This document shows, in pieces, positions 27,263-37,338 of a DNA stretch of 64,000 nt; the first letter of the stretch is position 1; every line of letters starts with the position of its first letter. The translations under genes and the position numbers were made by a program. This stretch comes from Clostridia bacterium (GTDB lineage Bacteria > Bacillota > Clostridia > Oscillospirales > SIG627), in the NCBI GenBank assembly GCA_017467865.1, contig JAFUKG010000032.1:53521-117520 (forward strand). Direction: 5' to 3'. The notes beneath the pieces were generated by a model. That model worked only from the letters and a program-made list of their open reading frames with translations, searched no databases and was not told the origin of the DNA.

Positions 27263-27748
27263 ATGGCAGAGATTAAAAACGTAACTATTACAATGGCAGA
27301 CGGCGGTGTGATGAAGCTTGAGCTTTATCCCGACACGGCCCCCATAACTGTTGAAAACTTTGTAAAGCTTGCAAACGAGGGCTTTTATAACGGACTTATT
27401 TTTCACAGAGTTATCGCAGGCTTTATGATTCAGGGCGGATGCCCCGAGGGAACGGGAATGGGTAACCCCGGTTACTCTATTAAGGGAGAATTCGCTATGA
27501 ACGGCGTACAAAACCCCTTGAAGCACACAAGAGGCGTTATTTCGATGGCGCGCTCCATGAACCCCGATTCCGCAGGAAGTCAGTTCTTTATTATGCACGC
27601 CGACGCCCCTCACCTTGACGGACAGTATGCCGCCTTCGGTAAGGTAGTGGAGGGCATTGAGGTTGTTGACAGAATAGCTTCTGTCCGCACCGATATGCGT
27701 GACCGCCCTCAGATTGACCAGACGATTGAAAGTATAACGGTTGAATAA
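27263..27748 (+). CDS. ppiB: Peptidyl-prolyl cis-trans isomerase, cyclophilin type
   Basis: FHRVIAGFMIQGGCP, SMARS..PDSAGSQFFI and a length of 161 aa fit a cyclophilin. Confidence 0.9.
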   Translation: MAEIKNVTITMADGGVMKLELYPDTAPITVENFVKLANEGFYNGLIFHRVIAGFMIQGGCPEGTGMGNPGYSIKGEFAMNGVQNPLKHTRGVISMARSMNPDSAGSQFFIMHADAPHLDGQYAAFGKVVEGIEVVDRIASVRTDMRDRPQIDQTIESITVE

Positions 27749-27779
27749 TAAAAAGGAGAGTTCAGAAGAACTCTCCTTT

Positions 27780-28448
27780 TTATTCACAAAGAAATTTCTT
27801 TTCTCCATTCACGTAAATATAGGAGTGGTCGAGCCCGTCGGAGTAGCAATGTCCCGCTATTTTACAAGGGCGGGTAGCGTGTATTCTGCCGTCACAGTTT
27901 AGATGTCCTTCGGCACCGCAAACGGCAGGGGCGTGATTTTCAAAGCATTCAAAGTGTCCGTCGACTCCGCAGGAAGCGGGAAGGTGAGGCAGTCCGTCCG
28001 ATATACAATGCCAGTTGTATCCGCAGGGCATAGGTGCATGGCTTATGCCGTCGCAAAGCCTGTGATATGATATACCGCAGGATGCTATACCATGGTCCCC
28101 GCGGCAGTTGTAGTGATGAGGGGCAAGGCAGTCGGCTTTTTCGTGGTTAAGCCCGTCGGAGATGCAGTGAGACGTGTTGTTGCATAAAGGCACCCCGTGA
28201 AGAAGTGAGTCGCAGACAAAGTGTCCCTTAACCCCGCAAGATGCTTCGCCGTGACTTCCGATTTTTACGTCACTTTTGCAAACGTCACAAAGCTCGGTCA
28301 CCGTAACACTGGGAACCAATGATTCTTCCGTCGGTTCAAGAGGAAGAACGGGTGTGTTTTTCACGGGAGCAGATGCAGTGCACCCCGAAAAGAGAAAAAC
28401 TGTCAAAACTGAGAGTAATATTAATATTAAAAAAGCTGTTCTTTTCAT
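27780..28448 (-). CDS. Cys/His-rich repeat lipoprotein of unknown function
   Basis: The signal peptide ends in the lipobox LFSGC. By hand count the mature part has about 19 Cys and 18 His. HC(I/Y)SDGLxH occurs three times and (S/V)CG..GH four times. There is no CXXCH motif. Confidence 0.8.
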   Translation of the reverse strand: MKRTAFLILILLSVLTVFLFSGCTASAPVKNTPVLPLEPTEESLVPSVTVTELCDVCKSDVKIGSHGEASCGVKGHFVCDSLLHGVPLCNNTSHCISDGLNHEKADCLAPHHYNCRGDHGIASCGISYHRLCDGISHAPMPCGYNWHCISDGLPHLPASCGVDGHFECFENHAPAVCGAEGHLNCDGRIHATRPCKIAGHCYSDGLDHSYIYVNGEKKFLCE

Positions 28449-28663
28449 AGTGAGTCCCCCTTTTGTATTATTATATCATAAATTATAAAACGGGTCAACT
28501 TTAATTGGGGGGTATATCTTTACTTATATTTTTATTTTTTGTGTGACAGTTTTAGCAACAGGTGAATAAAATGACATACTTTTCATGTTTTTTAATTTTA
28601 CCTATTTTCAAAAACGGTTTTATGTGTTACAATATAATGAATAATTATGTTTAGGTGATATTT

Positions 28664-28861
28664 ATGATAATGCTTGTGGGAGATACCCTGGAAATGAAAA
28701 AGAAGCACCCTTGCGGTGAGAGTACCTTTCAGGTGTTGAGAGTTGGCAGTGACATCAAGGTCAAATGCCTTGGCTGTTCAAGAGAGGTTACCGTTGCCAG
28801 AGTCAAGCTTGAAAAGGGAGTAAAGCGAGTTATCACACCTGAGGGCGAAGAAAGGAAATAA
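28664..28861 (+). CDS. DUF951 family protein
   Basis: GDTLEMKKKHPCGESTFQVLRVGSDIKVKCLGCSREV matches my memory of DUF951 (a four-Cys pattern). The start is the ATG at 28664, after the RBS AGGTGA. Confidence 0.7.
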   Translation: MIMLVGDTLEMKKKHPCGESTFQVLRVGSDIKVKCLGCSREVTVARVKLEKGVKRVITPEGEERK

Positions 28862-28867
28862 GACTGT

Positions 28868-29935
28868 ATGTTTAAGAGACTTGAGGATACCGAAAAGAGA
28901 TTTGTGGAGATAGAGGAGAAGCTTTCTCTTCCAGAGGTTATGAATGATCAGGATGAATACCGAAAGCTTACCAAGGAATACAAGGTGCTCTCTCCCATTA
29001 CCGAGAAGTACCGCGAGTATAAGACCTGGCAGAAGAACAAGGCAGAGGCGGAGGAGCTTCTTGAAATCGAGGAAGGGGAGATGAAAGCCCTTGCCGAAGA
29101 GGAGATAGTAACTGCCAAGGAAGAGATGGAGAAGATAACCGAGGAATTAAAAATCCTTCTTCTTCCCCGAGATGAGAACGACGACAGAAACGTTGTGGTT
29201 GAAATTCGAGGCGGAGCAGGGGGTGAGGAAGCGGCGCTTTTCTCCTACGTCCTTTACAGAATGTATAATATGTACGCCGACTCCCAAGGCTTTAAGACCG
29301 AGCTTGTCAGTGCCAACGAAACAGAGCTTGGCGGCTTTAAGGAAGTGTCCTTTATGATAAGCGGTGAGGGCGCTTACTCAAGAATGAAGTACGAAAGCGG
29401 TGTTCACCGAGTACAGAGAGTTCCCGAAACTGAGGCTCAGGGCAGAATACACACCTCAACAGTCACGGTAGCCGTTCTTCCCGAGGCAGAGGAAGTAGAC
29501 GTTGAGCTCAATCCTGCCGACCTTGAAATAGAGGCACACAGAGCGTCGGGTGCAGGCGGTCAGCACGTAAATAAGACCGACTCGGCTATCCGTATGATAC
29601 ACAAGCCCACGGGAATTGTAGTAGAGTGTCAGGATGAGAGAAGCCAGTATAAAAACCGCGATAAAGCAATGAAGATAATGCGCACCAAGCTTTACGAAAA
29701 GAAGCTTGAGGAGCAGAACAGCGCCCTTGCATCCGAGCGTAAGAGTCAGGTTGGAACGGGAGACAGAAGCGAGCGCATCAGAACCTATAACTACCCTCAG
29801 GGAAGAGTTACCGATCACAGAATAGGACTCACTCTTTATAACCTTGAAAATATTTTAAACGGTGCAATAACACCTATTATTGAAGCTCTTGCGGCGGCAG
29901 ACACCGCCGAAAAGCTTGCTAACGGTGAATTTTGA
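28868..29935 (+). CDS. prfA: Peptide chain release factor 1
   Basis: [11 protein letters not shown] carries the GGQ motif and [14 protein letters not shown] is the RF1-type PxT tripeptide region. The ORF is uninterrupted. Confidence 0.95.
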   Translation: MFKRLEDTEKRFVEIEEKLSLPEVMNDQDEYRKLTKEYKVLSPITEKYREYKTWQKNKAEAEELLEIEEGEMKALAEEEIVTAKEEMEKITEELKILLLPRDENDDRNVVVEIRGGAGGEEAALFSYVLYRMYNMYADSQGFKTELVSANETELGGFKEVSFMISGEGAYSRMKYESGVHRVQRVPETEAQGRIHTSTVTVAVLPEAEEVDVELNPADLEIEAHRASGAGGQHVNKTDSAIRMIHKPTGIVVECQDERSQYKNRDKAMKIMRTKLYEKKLEEQNSALASERKSQVGTGDRSERIRTYNYPQGRVTDHRIGLTLYNLENILNGAITPIIEALAAADTAEKLANGEF

Positions 29936-30984
29936 TGGAAACGAAAGTAGTTCACGTTGACCCCGGCAGATTAGAGGACTTTGAAAAAGAGCTTACCCAG
30001 GCTGCCGAAATAATAAAAAGAGGAGGCCTTGTAGCCTTCCCCACAGAGACAGTCTACGGACTTGGCGCCAACGCTCTCGACTCTACCGCTGCCGAGAGAA
30101 TATATTCGGCTAAGGGCAGACCCTCAGACAATCCTCTTATTATTCAGATAGCAAAAAAAGAGGACTACGAAAAATATTGTATCATAGAAAACGTGGAAGC
30201 CTTTGAAAAGCTCAAGGAGAAATTCGTCCCCGGCCCTGTTACGATAATACAAAAAAAGCGTGATATCATCCCCCACACCGTAACGGCAGGTATGGATACC
30301 GTTGCAGTAAGACTTCCGTCCCATCCCGTTGCAAGAAGACTTATCGAGCTGTCGGGCGTTCCCATTGCCGCCCCCTCGGCGAACACCTCGGGCAGACCGA
30401 GTCCCACGAAGGCTTGCCACGTCATCGAGGATATGATGGGAAGAGTGGATATGATAATCGACGGGGGAGAGTGCGAGGTAGGACTTGAATCTACCATTGT
30501 GCTTTTGAAAAAAGAGGGGGTAACCCTGCTTCGACCCGGCGGTGTCACTCTTGAAATGCTTGAGGATACGTTGGGGAATATTACGGTTGATAAGGCGGTT
30601 AAGGGCAAGCTTGAAGCGGGTGAAAAGCCCCTTGCTCCCGGTATGAAGTACCGCCATTACGCACCCCGTGCCTCGGTGATTATTTTAAAGGGAGAAGACA
30701 AAGACGTTGTCTCCTTTATGAAGAGCGCCCTTGATGACAGTGCTACGGGGCTTATCTGCTACCGCGAGGACGGAATAGAGGAAAGTGACAGAGTAGAAAT
30801 ACTCGGCTCCAAAAGGGATGAAGGGGAGATGGCGCATAGACTTTTCGACGCTCTGAGAGCCTTCGACTCCAAAGAAGAAATAAAGAGAGTTTACGCAAGA
30901 CTACCGGAGGACAGCAACCTTGGGCTTGCCATTGTAAACAGACTTATAAAAGCATCGGGATATACAGTAGTTGAGGTAAAGTGA
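29932..30984 (+). CDS. L-threonylcarbamoyladenylate synthase, long form (Sua5/YwlC)
   Basis: [15 protein letters not shown] and [11 protein letters not shown] are present, together with the C-terminal Sua5 domain. The protein is 350 aa. Confidence 0.9.
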   Translation: MMETKVVHVDPGRLEDFEKELTQAAEIIKRGGLVAFPTETVYGLGANALDSTAAERIYSAKGRPSDNPLIIQIAKKEDYEKYCIIENVEAFEKLKEKFVPGPVTIIQKKRDIIPHTVTAGMDTVAVRLPSHPVARRLIELSGVPIAAPSANTSGRPSPTKACHVIEDMMGRVDMIIDGGECEVGLESTIVLLKKEGVTLLRPGGVTLEMLEDTLGNITVDKAVKGKLEAGEKPLAPGMKYRHYAPRASVIILKGEDKDVVSFMKSALDDSATGLICYREDGIEESDRVEILGSKRDEGEMAHRLFDALRAFDSKEEIKRVYARLPEDSNLGLAIVNRLIKASGYTVVEVK

Positions 30985-31583
30985 TGAAGATTATCGGAGT
31001 TTCGGGACAAAGCGGAGCAGGAAAGACTACCGCTCTTGAGGTACTTCGCTCAAGGGGGGCTTACGTTATTGATTGCGATAAGGTCTCCCGTGAGGTAATG
31101 GAGAAGAATACCCCTTGCACGAAAGAGCTCATCTCTGTTTTTGGGGACAGCATTGCCTCGGAAGATGGGGAAATCTACCGAAAGAAGTTAGGAGAGATAG
31201 TATTTTCAGATAAAGAAAAGCTTCAAACCCTCACCGAAATAACACACCGCTACATAAAAAAGCGTATTTTTGAATTGCTTGACGGAGCAAAGGAAGAGGG
31301 AGAGCGCTTTGCGGTCATCGACGCACCCCTTCTTTTTGAAAGCGGACTTGACAAGATATGTGACGTGACCCTTGCCGTCACCGCTCCCAAGGAAGAAAGA
31401 ATAGAGAGAATTATAAAGCGTGACGGAATAACACGCATCCTTGCCGAAAAGAGAATTTCCTCACAGCTGTCCGAAAATGAGCTTATAAAACGCTCCCACG
31501 CTGTTATAGTAAATGACAAAGGACTCCTTGAACTCGAGGAAAAGGTTTTGGATTTTGCCGAAAGAGAGGGAATTGCAAAGTGA
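30981..31583 (+). CDS. coaE: Dephospho-CoA kinase
   Basis: IIGVSGQSGAGKTT is the P-loop, and the 200-aa length and DAPLLFESG motif fit CoaE. Confidence 0.9.
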   Translation: MMKIIGVSGQSGAGKTTALEVLRSRGAYVIDCDKVSREVMEKNTPCTKELISVFGDSIASEDGEIYRKKLGEIVFSDKEKLQTLTEITHRYIKKRIFELLDGAKEEGERFAVIDAPLLFESGLDKICDVTLAVTAPKEERIERIIKRDGITRILAEKRISSQLSENELIKRSHAVIVNDKGLLELEEKVLDFAEREGIAK

Positions 31584-32161
31584 GAAGAAGAAAGCTTAAG
31601 CCCATGCCCGTCATAACTCTTGCCATATTCACCCTGCTTCTTTTTATAGTGGCAGTTGTGGTTATATATAGAGTGAACCGTGAAGAGGTCTATCCTTTGG
31701 AGTACCGCGATATAGTTGAAAGGGTTTCTCTTGAAGAGGGAATTGCCGAGCATATACTTTACGCCGTGATTTTCACCGAAAGCTCCTTTGTTGCAGATGC
31801 AAAAAGCGAAATGGGGGCAGTTGGCCTCATGCAGCTTTTACCCGACACCGCAAAATGGCTTTGCGAAAGAGAGGGAATAGAATATGACGAAGCCCTTCTC
31901 ACCGACCCCGAATTCAGCGTGCGCTACGGAGCAAAATTTTTGAAAATCCTTTATGACAGATATGAGAATTGGGATGCCGCCCACGCCGCTTATCACGCAG
32001 GCTTTGGAAGAGTGGACTCCTGGCTTGAAGAGGGTACTGCGCACTATGAGGACGGTCAGCTTGTGGGTATCCCCATTGACGCTACCGACTACTACGTGAA
32101 TAAACTGAGAGATATAAGAGAAAAATATTTTAAACAGCTTGAAAAGGAGAAAAAAGAATGA
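31580..32161 (+). CDS. Lytic transglycosylase (SLT domain) protein, membrane anchored
   Basis: There is an N-terminal TM helix, the catalytic-Glu region ESSF, and AVGLMQLLPDTAKW followed by AYHAG. Confidence 0.8.
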   Translation: MRRRKLKPMPVITLAIFTLLLFIVAVVVIYRVNREEVYPLEYRDIVERVSLEEGIAEHILYAVIFTESSFVADAKSEMGAVGLMQLLPDTAKWLCEREGIEYDEALLTDPEFSVRYGAKFLKILYDRYENWDAAHAAYHAGFGRVDSWLEEGTAHYEDGQLVGIPIDATDYYVNKLRDIREKYFKQLEKEKKE

Positions 32162-33561
32162 AAAAGACTGATATAGAGACCCTTGAAAAAGAGCTTGTAT
32201 ATAAAAGAAAAAACGCCTTTCGTGAAATGCCGAAGTCTGAAATTAAAAAGGCATTTGCATTTTCGGATGACTATAAAAAATATCTCGACTCATCTAAAAC
32301 CGAAAGGGAAGCGGTAAAGACCTCTCTTGAAATTGCCAAAAAAGAGGGCTTTAATGAGTGGAAATCGGGAGAAAAATATAGTGCGGGAGACAAGGTCTAT
32401 CTTGTCAACCGTAACAAAGCCGTAATTTTCGTAAAATTCGGCAGTGCTCCCATAGAAAAGGGCGTCCTTATTTCAGCCGCCCATATAGATTGTCCCCGCC
32501 TTGATTTAAAGCCCAACCCTGTATATGAAGCTGATAATATGGCGTATCTCGATACCCATTATTACGGCGGTATCAAGAAGTATCAATGGGTGACCCTCCC
32601 TCTTGCTATGCACGGTGTGGTTATCAAGAAGAGCGGTGAGACCGTGGAAATAAATATAGGTGAAAGCGAAAATGACCCTATATTCTATATTACAGACCTT
32701 CTTCCCCACCTTGCCGCCGAGCAGGTAAAAAAGACCCTTGCTGATGGAATTTCAGGTGAAAGCCTCAACATTCTCATAGGCTCTGAGCCTATTGACGACG
32801 AAAAAGCAGGGAATGCCGTAAAGCTTAATACCTTGAAGCTCCTTCATGACAAATATGATATCTCAGAAGAGGACTTTCTGTCTGCCGAGATATCCCTTGT
32901 CCCCGCAGGGAAGGCTAGAGACGTGGGCTTTGACCGAAGCCTTATTTCAGCCTACGGTCACGACGACAGAGTGTGCGCATACCCCTCTCTTCGAGCGCTT
33001 TTTGACTCCGAGAATAACAAGCATACTCTCATTGTCTGCCTTACCGATAAGGAAGAGGTGGGCAGTATGGGCAACACAGGACTCAACAGCTCCTATCTTT
33101 ACGACTTTATAGAGGAGCTTGCTCTTGACAGCGGTGCAAACCCTAAAACTGTTTTCAGAAACTCCAAGTGCCTTTCAGCCGACGTAAACGCCGCCTTCGA
33201 CCCTGCCTTTGCAGAGGTCTATGAAAAGAACAACGCTTCATATATCAACTGCGGTCTGGTGGTTACCAAGTACACGGGCGCCCGCGGAAAGAGCGGTTCT
33301 TCCGAGGCGTCTGCCGAATACGTGGCAGAGCTTAGAAAAATATTCGACGAAAACGGGGTCATTTGGCAGATGGCTGAGCTTGGAAAGGTGGATATCGGCG
33401 GCGGCGGTACTGTGGCACAGTACGTGGCTAACCGCAATATCGACGTAGTTGACGTGGGCGTTCCCGTTCTGTCCATGCACGCGCCATTCGAGGTGGTATC
33501 CAAGCTTGACGTTTACTCGGCGTACCGAGGAATAAAAGAATTTTTTGAGAAGATGATATGA
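32158..33561 (+). CDS. M18-family aminopeptidase
   Basis: AAHIDCPRLDLKPNP, GHDDRVCAY, DKEEVGS and VLSMHAP are spaced as in M18/M42 metallo-aminopeptidases. Confidence 0.8.
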   Translation: MKKTDIETLEKELVYKRKNAFREMPKSEIKKAFAFSDDYKKYLDSSKTEREAVKTSLEIAKKEGFNEWKSGEKYSAGDKVYLVNRNKAVIFVKFGSAPIEKGVLISAAHIDCPRLDLKPNPVYEADNMAYLDTHYYGGIKKYQWVTLPLAMHGVVIKKSGETVEINIGESENDPIFYITDLLPHLAAEQVKKTLADGISGESLNILIGSEPIDDEKAGNAVKLNTLKLLHDKYDISEEDFLSAEISLVPAGKARDVGFDRSLISAYGHDDRVCAYPSLRALFDSENNKHTLIVCLTDKEEVGSMGNTGLNSSYLYDFIEELALDSGANPKTVFRNSKCLSADVNAAFDPAFAEVYEKNNASYINCGLVVTKYTGARGKSGSSEASAEYVAELRKIFDENGVIWQMAELGKVDIGGGGTVAQYVANRNIDVVDVGVPVLSMHAPFEVVSKLDVYSAYRGIKEFFEKMI

Positions 33562-34775
33562 AAAAAACTGAAATACTTTCCCCTGCAGGCAACTTTGAAA
33601 AGCTGACCTTTGCCGCAGGCTACGGTGCCGATGCAGTTTACTTTGCAGGTACTTCCTTCGGAATGAGAGCGGCGGCAGGGAACTTTAGTACAGATGAAAT
33701 AAAAAAAGGTGCGGATTATCTCCACACCTTACATAAAAAAGCCTACCTTACTCTTAACACAATGCCGAGAAGTGACGAAATGCCACTCCTTGACGCTTAT
33801 CTTGAAGAGCTTTCGGACACAGGTATAGACGCTGTTATCGTGGCGGATTTAGGTGTTTTCGAGGCAGTTAAGAAGAGACTTCCCAAAGTGGATATACACA
33901 TTTCCACTCAGGGAGCCAATATGAACTACGCTTCTTGCAGGGTATGGCACGAAATGGGCGCAAAGAGAGTAGTACTCGCCCGTGAATTATCCCTTGACGA
34001 TATTGCCACCATTCGTGCAAAAACTCCCGCCGAGCTGGAGCTTGAAGCCTTCGTACACGGAGCTATGTGCGTGTCGGTGTCGGGTAGATGCCTTCTTTCA
34101 GAGTATTATCTCGGGCGTGACGCCAACCGAGGTGCTTGTGCTCAGCCCTGCCGTTGGATATATAACTTCGCCGAGGAGAAGCGCCCCGAGGACGTGTTAA
34201 CTGCCGAAATGCACCCCGAGGGCACCTATATCTTCGGGTCAAAGGATATGAATTTGGTGTCACATATACCCGAGCTTGTAAAGGCAGGTATCGACAGTCT
34301 TAAAATCGAGGGCAGAATGAAGAGCGCCTACTATACCGCCGTCGTAACAAACGCTTATCGCATAGCTCTTGATAACCACTTCGGTGAAAACAGCGGTATA
34401 ACCTCAGACGCCCTTGAAAGAGAGCTTGACTCTGTGTCACACCGTGAATATTGCACGGGCTACTATTTCACACATCCCCAGAGCGAAAACAATCTCGCCA
34501 CAATTCCCGGATATATAAAGGAAAAATCGTTCCTCGCTACCGTTGAGGATTATAACGAAGAGACGGGGCTTGCCCTTTGCCGTCAGAGAAACAAGATGTT
34601 TCTTGAAAATGAAGCGGAAATCATTTCTCCCGGTAAAACGGGAGTATCCTTCAAGGCACTGGGCATGACCGATGAAAAAGGTACACCGATAGAGTCAACT
34701 CCTCACGCGGGTATGCTCTTTTATCTGAAAATGCCCTTTGCGGTGAAAAAGGGCGATATCATCAGAGGGAAATGA
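33558..34775 (+). CDS. Peptidase U32 family protein
   Basis: EILSPAGNFEKLTFAAGYGADAVYFAG and ELEAFVHGAMCVSVSGRCLLS are typical of the U32 family. Confidence 0.85.
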   Translation: MKKTEILSPAGNFEKLTFAAGYGADAVYFAGTSFGMRAAAGNFSTDEIKKGADYLHTLHKKAYLTLNTMPRSDEMPLLDAYLEELSDTGIDAVIVADLGVFEAVKKRLPKVDIHISTQGANMNYASCRVWHEMGAKRVVLARELSLDDIATIRAKTPAELELEAFVHGAMCVSVSGRCLLSEYYLGRDANRGACAQPCRWIYNFAEEKRPEDVLTAEMHPEGTYIFGSKDMNLVSHIPELVKAGIDSLKIEGRMKSAYYTAVVTNAYRIALDNHFGENSGITSDALERELDSVSHREYCTGYYFTHPQSENNLATIPGYIKEKSFLATVEDYNEETGLALCRQRNKMFLENEAEIISPGKTGVSFKALGMTDEKGTPIESTPHAGMLFYLKMPFAVKKGDIIRGK

Positions 34776-34885
34776 TTTTTTGAAATGCAGAATGCATAAT
34801 TGTGGTTGATTTTGCCTTAAGCAAAATCTTCCGTAATGGTGCTTGCAATTTTCGATTTATTACTCTAAAAAAAGGATTTACACAT

Positions 34886-35629
34886 ATGGAAAAAATCAAT
34901 ATAAGAGGTGTTCTTTTCGACAACGTGACGCCAAGCGAGGCGATAGAGGTTGCCGAAGGGTACATAGAGCGTGGAGAGCAGTGCGTTGTTTTCACTCCCA
35001 ATGCTGAGATAGTACAGATGGCAATAGAGGACGATAGCTTTCGTGACGTTATCAACTCTGCAGAGCTTGTCATTCCCGACGGCGCAGGAGTTGTCCTTGC
35101 TTCAAGGATACTTAAAAAGCCCCTTAAGGGCAAGGTTGCAGGCTGTGAGTTTGCCGAAAGTCTTGTAAAGGGCTCAGCCGATGGGAAATATAAGATTTTC
35201 TTCTATGGCTCAAAGCCCGCCACCGACGAGGGGATAAGCGTTGCCGACCTTGCCGACAGGAAGATGGGTGAGAAGTACGGCTTTAAGGCGGCAGGAACCT
35301 CCCACGGCTACGTGAAGCCCGAGGGATACGCCGAGCTCATAGAGAAGATAAATTCTTCGGGCGCCGACATACTTTTTGTCTGTCTCGGTGTTCCCATGCA
35401 GGAAAAATGGATATATCAGAACAGAGACAAGCTGAACGCAAAGCTTATCATAGGTCTTGGCGGTACTCTCGACGTCTTTGCAGGAACGGTGAAAAGAGCA
35501 CCGAGAGTATTCGTGAAATTAAACCTTGAATGGTTTTACCGTCTCATAAAGGAGCCTAAAAGGCTGGGACGCATGATGAAACTGCCCAAATTTATTTTCG
35601 GAACGCTTTTTTCAAAAAAGGAGAAGTAA
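34886..35629 (+). CDS. WecG/TagA/CpsF family glycosyltransferase
   Basis: The start is the ATG at 34886. VVFTPNAEIV, PDGAGVV and LGVPMQEKWI are typical of the family. Confidence 0.8.
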   Translation: MEKINIRGVLFDNVTPSEAIEVAEGYIERGEQCVVFTPNAEIVQMAIEDDSFRDVINSAELVIPDGAGVVLASRILKKPLKGKVAGCEFAESLVKGSADGKYKIFFYGSKPATDEGISVADLADRKMGEKYGFKAAGTSHGYVKPEGYAELIEKINSSGADILFVCLGVPMQEKWIYQNRDKLNAKLIIGLGGTLDVFAGTVKRAPRVFVKLNLEWFYRLIKEPKRLGRMMKLPKFIFGTLFSKKEK

Positions 35630-35632
35630 AAA

Positions 35633-36295
35633 ATGGGAATACTTATAACTATCGACGGACTTGACGGGTCGGGCAAGCAGACCCAGTCGGAAATACTCTT
35701 TGAAAGACTGAAAAGAGAGGGTATCGACACAACTCTCGTGTCCTTCCCCGACTATGACTCAAGCTCTTCAGCCCTTGTTAAGATGTACCTCGGCGGTGAG
35801 TTTTCTCACGACCCCGATGCAGTCAACGCCTATGCGTCCTCGTCATTCTTTGCAGTTGACCGCTTTGCAAGCTTTGTAAAGAATTGGAAAAGCGCTTATG
35901 ATAGGGGAAGCGTCATCATTGCTAACCGCTATACTACCGCCAACGCAATTCATCAGCTCACCAAAATTGAGGGAGACACCCAGCGAAAGAGCTTCCTTGA
36001 ATGGCTTTATGACTTTGAATTTAATAAGCTTGCCATTCCTTCCCCCGACCTGACTCTCTTCCTTGAGGTGCCCGTGGAAATAAGCCTCGGCCTCATCAAT
36101 AAGAGAAGCGAGGAAACGGGCAGAGAAATAGATATCCACGAAAATGAAGGACACCTGAAGCGAGCCTACTCCGCCGCACTCTTCTCGGCTGAGACTCTTG
36201 GATGGACCACGGTACACTGTGCCGAAAACGGCAAGATGAGAACGAGAGAGGACATTGCTGAGGAGATTTACAAGGCTGTAAAAAACGCAATATGA
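35633..36295 (+). CDS. tmk: Thymidylate (dTMP) kinase family protein
   Basis: ITIDGLDGSGKQTQ is the P-loop and DRY-like ANRYTTAN is present. The protein is 220 aa. Confidence 0.75.
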   Translation: MGILITIDGLDGSGKQTQSEILFERLKREGIDTTLVSFPDYDSSSSALVKMYLGGEFSHDPDAVNAYASSSFFAVDRFASFVKNWKSAYDRGSVIIANRYTTANAIHQLTKIEGDTQRKSFLEWLYDFEFNKLAIPSPDLTLFLEVPVEISLGLINKRSEETGREIDIHENEGHLKRAYSAALFSAETLGWTTVHCAENGKMRTREDIAEEIYKAVKNAI

Positions 36296-36301
36296 ATACA
36301 C

Positions 36302-36335
36302 AAAAATCCTTGAAGAATTCTTCAAGGATTTTTTT
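36302..36335 (+). terminator. Intrinsic terminator ending the prfA-to-tmk gene string
   Basis: aaaaatccttgaagaattcttcaaggattttttt is a perfect 14-bp palindromic stem followed by a T-run. Confidence 0.8.
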
Positions 36336-36459
36336 ATTAATTTTTTGTTAATACCATTGTAAAAATACATATGAGAATATATAATTAATTTAGAAAATTT
36401 AAGGAACTTTTCAGGAAAAATTAAGTCTAAACAAAAAAGTGAAAAAGGAGGAGAGGAAA

Positions 36460-37338
36460 TTGAAGAAAAGAGACCTGAAAAAAATAGGACAGAGAGCGTA
36501 TTCATGGCTTTATATTCTGCCCGGTCTTATAGGTGTTTCGGTGTTCTACGTGCTCCCCTTCGGGTTTGTTATATACTACTCTCTTATTGATAATATTTCC
36601 ACCCGTAATTTCGTGGGTCTTGACAACTTCAAGGCACTCTTTCAGAACTCTGCCTTTCTCACCGCCTCAAAGAACACTCTCACCTTTTCACTGGTAACGG
36701 TTTTTTCGGCGGTTATATTCTCTCTTATTCTTGCCGTTATCCTTGACTCCAAGATACCGGGTAAAAGCAAATTCAGAACTATGTTCTTAAGTCCCCTTAT
36801 GGTGCCAACCGCCTCCATTATTCTCATATGGCAGGTAATGTTCAGCTTCAACGGCTCCTTCAATTCCTTTATCGAGCTTTTCGGACTTGAGCCCGTGGAT
36901 TGGATGAAGTCGGAGTACAGTCAGATAGTTGTAGCCCTCCTCTTCTTGTGGAAAAATCTCGGCTACAATATGATACTTTTTATGGCAGCCCTTTCCAATA
37001 TCCCCAAGGATCAGGTAGAGGCGGCAGAGGTAGACGGCGCAAACGCCCTTCAGCGCTTTTTTAAGATAAAACTCCGCTACATATCTCCTTCTCTCTTTTT
37101 CGTGCTACTTTTATCTCTTATAAACTCCTTTAAGATTTTCCGTGAGGTCTATCTTCTCACGGGTCAGTGGCCTTATGAGACGCTTTACTTCTTACAGCAC
37201 TTTATGAATAATACCTTCAAAAATCTTGACTACCCACGCCTTTCAGCGGCGGCAATTGTTATGTCGCTTTTCATTATAGTGATAATCGGTATAATATTTA
37301 TCCTTGAAGATAAGTTCGGAAAGGATGTGGAAGAATGA
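36460..37338 (+). CDS. Carbohydrate-type (CUT1, MalF-like) ABC transporter permease
   Basis: The EAA loop is QVEAAEVDGANALQRFFKIKL, and there are six TM segments. I prefer TTG 36460, 7 nt after AAGGAGGA. The track's GTG 36439 is the outer limit. Confidence 0.85.
   Translation: MKKRDLKKIGQRAYSWLYILPGLIGVSVFYVLPFGFVIYYSLIDNISTRNFVGLDNFKALFQNSAFLTASKNTLTFSLVTVFSAVIFSLILAVILDSKIPGKSKFRTMFLSPLMVPTASIILIWQVMFSFNGSFNSFIELFGLEPVDWMKSEYSQIVVALLFLWKNLGYNMILFMAALSNIPKDQVEAAEVDGANALQRFFKIKLRYISPSLFFVLLLSLINSFKIFREVYLLTGQWPYETLYFLQHFMNNTFKNLDYPRLSAAAIVMSLFIIVIIGIIFILEDKFGKDVEE

Noticed and set aside
27119-27808. Minus-strand 229-aa ORF
   Set aside because: It is antisense to the ACP-like and cyclophilin genes, and its product has no motifs.
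27780-28448. Multi-haem c-type cytochrome or ferredoxin interpretation of the Cys/His-rich lipoprotein
   Set aside because: There is no CXXCH motif (the only CxxC, CDVCK, is not followed by His). There is also no CxxCxxCxxxCP ferredoxin spacing.
28868-29935. Programmed +1 frameshift, as in prfB
   Set aside because: The gene is a single uninterrupted ORF with an RF1-type tripeptide region (PET) and no internal in-frame UGA with an upstream SD-like element. It is prfA.
35843-36505. Minus-strand 220-aa ORF
   Set aside because: It is antisense to the tmk-like gene and runs through the strong terminator palindrome at 36302-36335. It is not credible.
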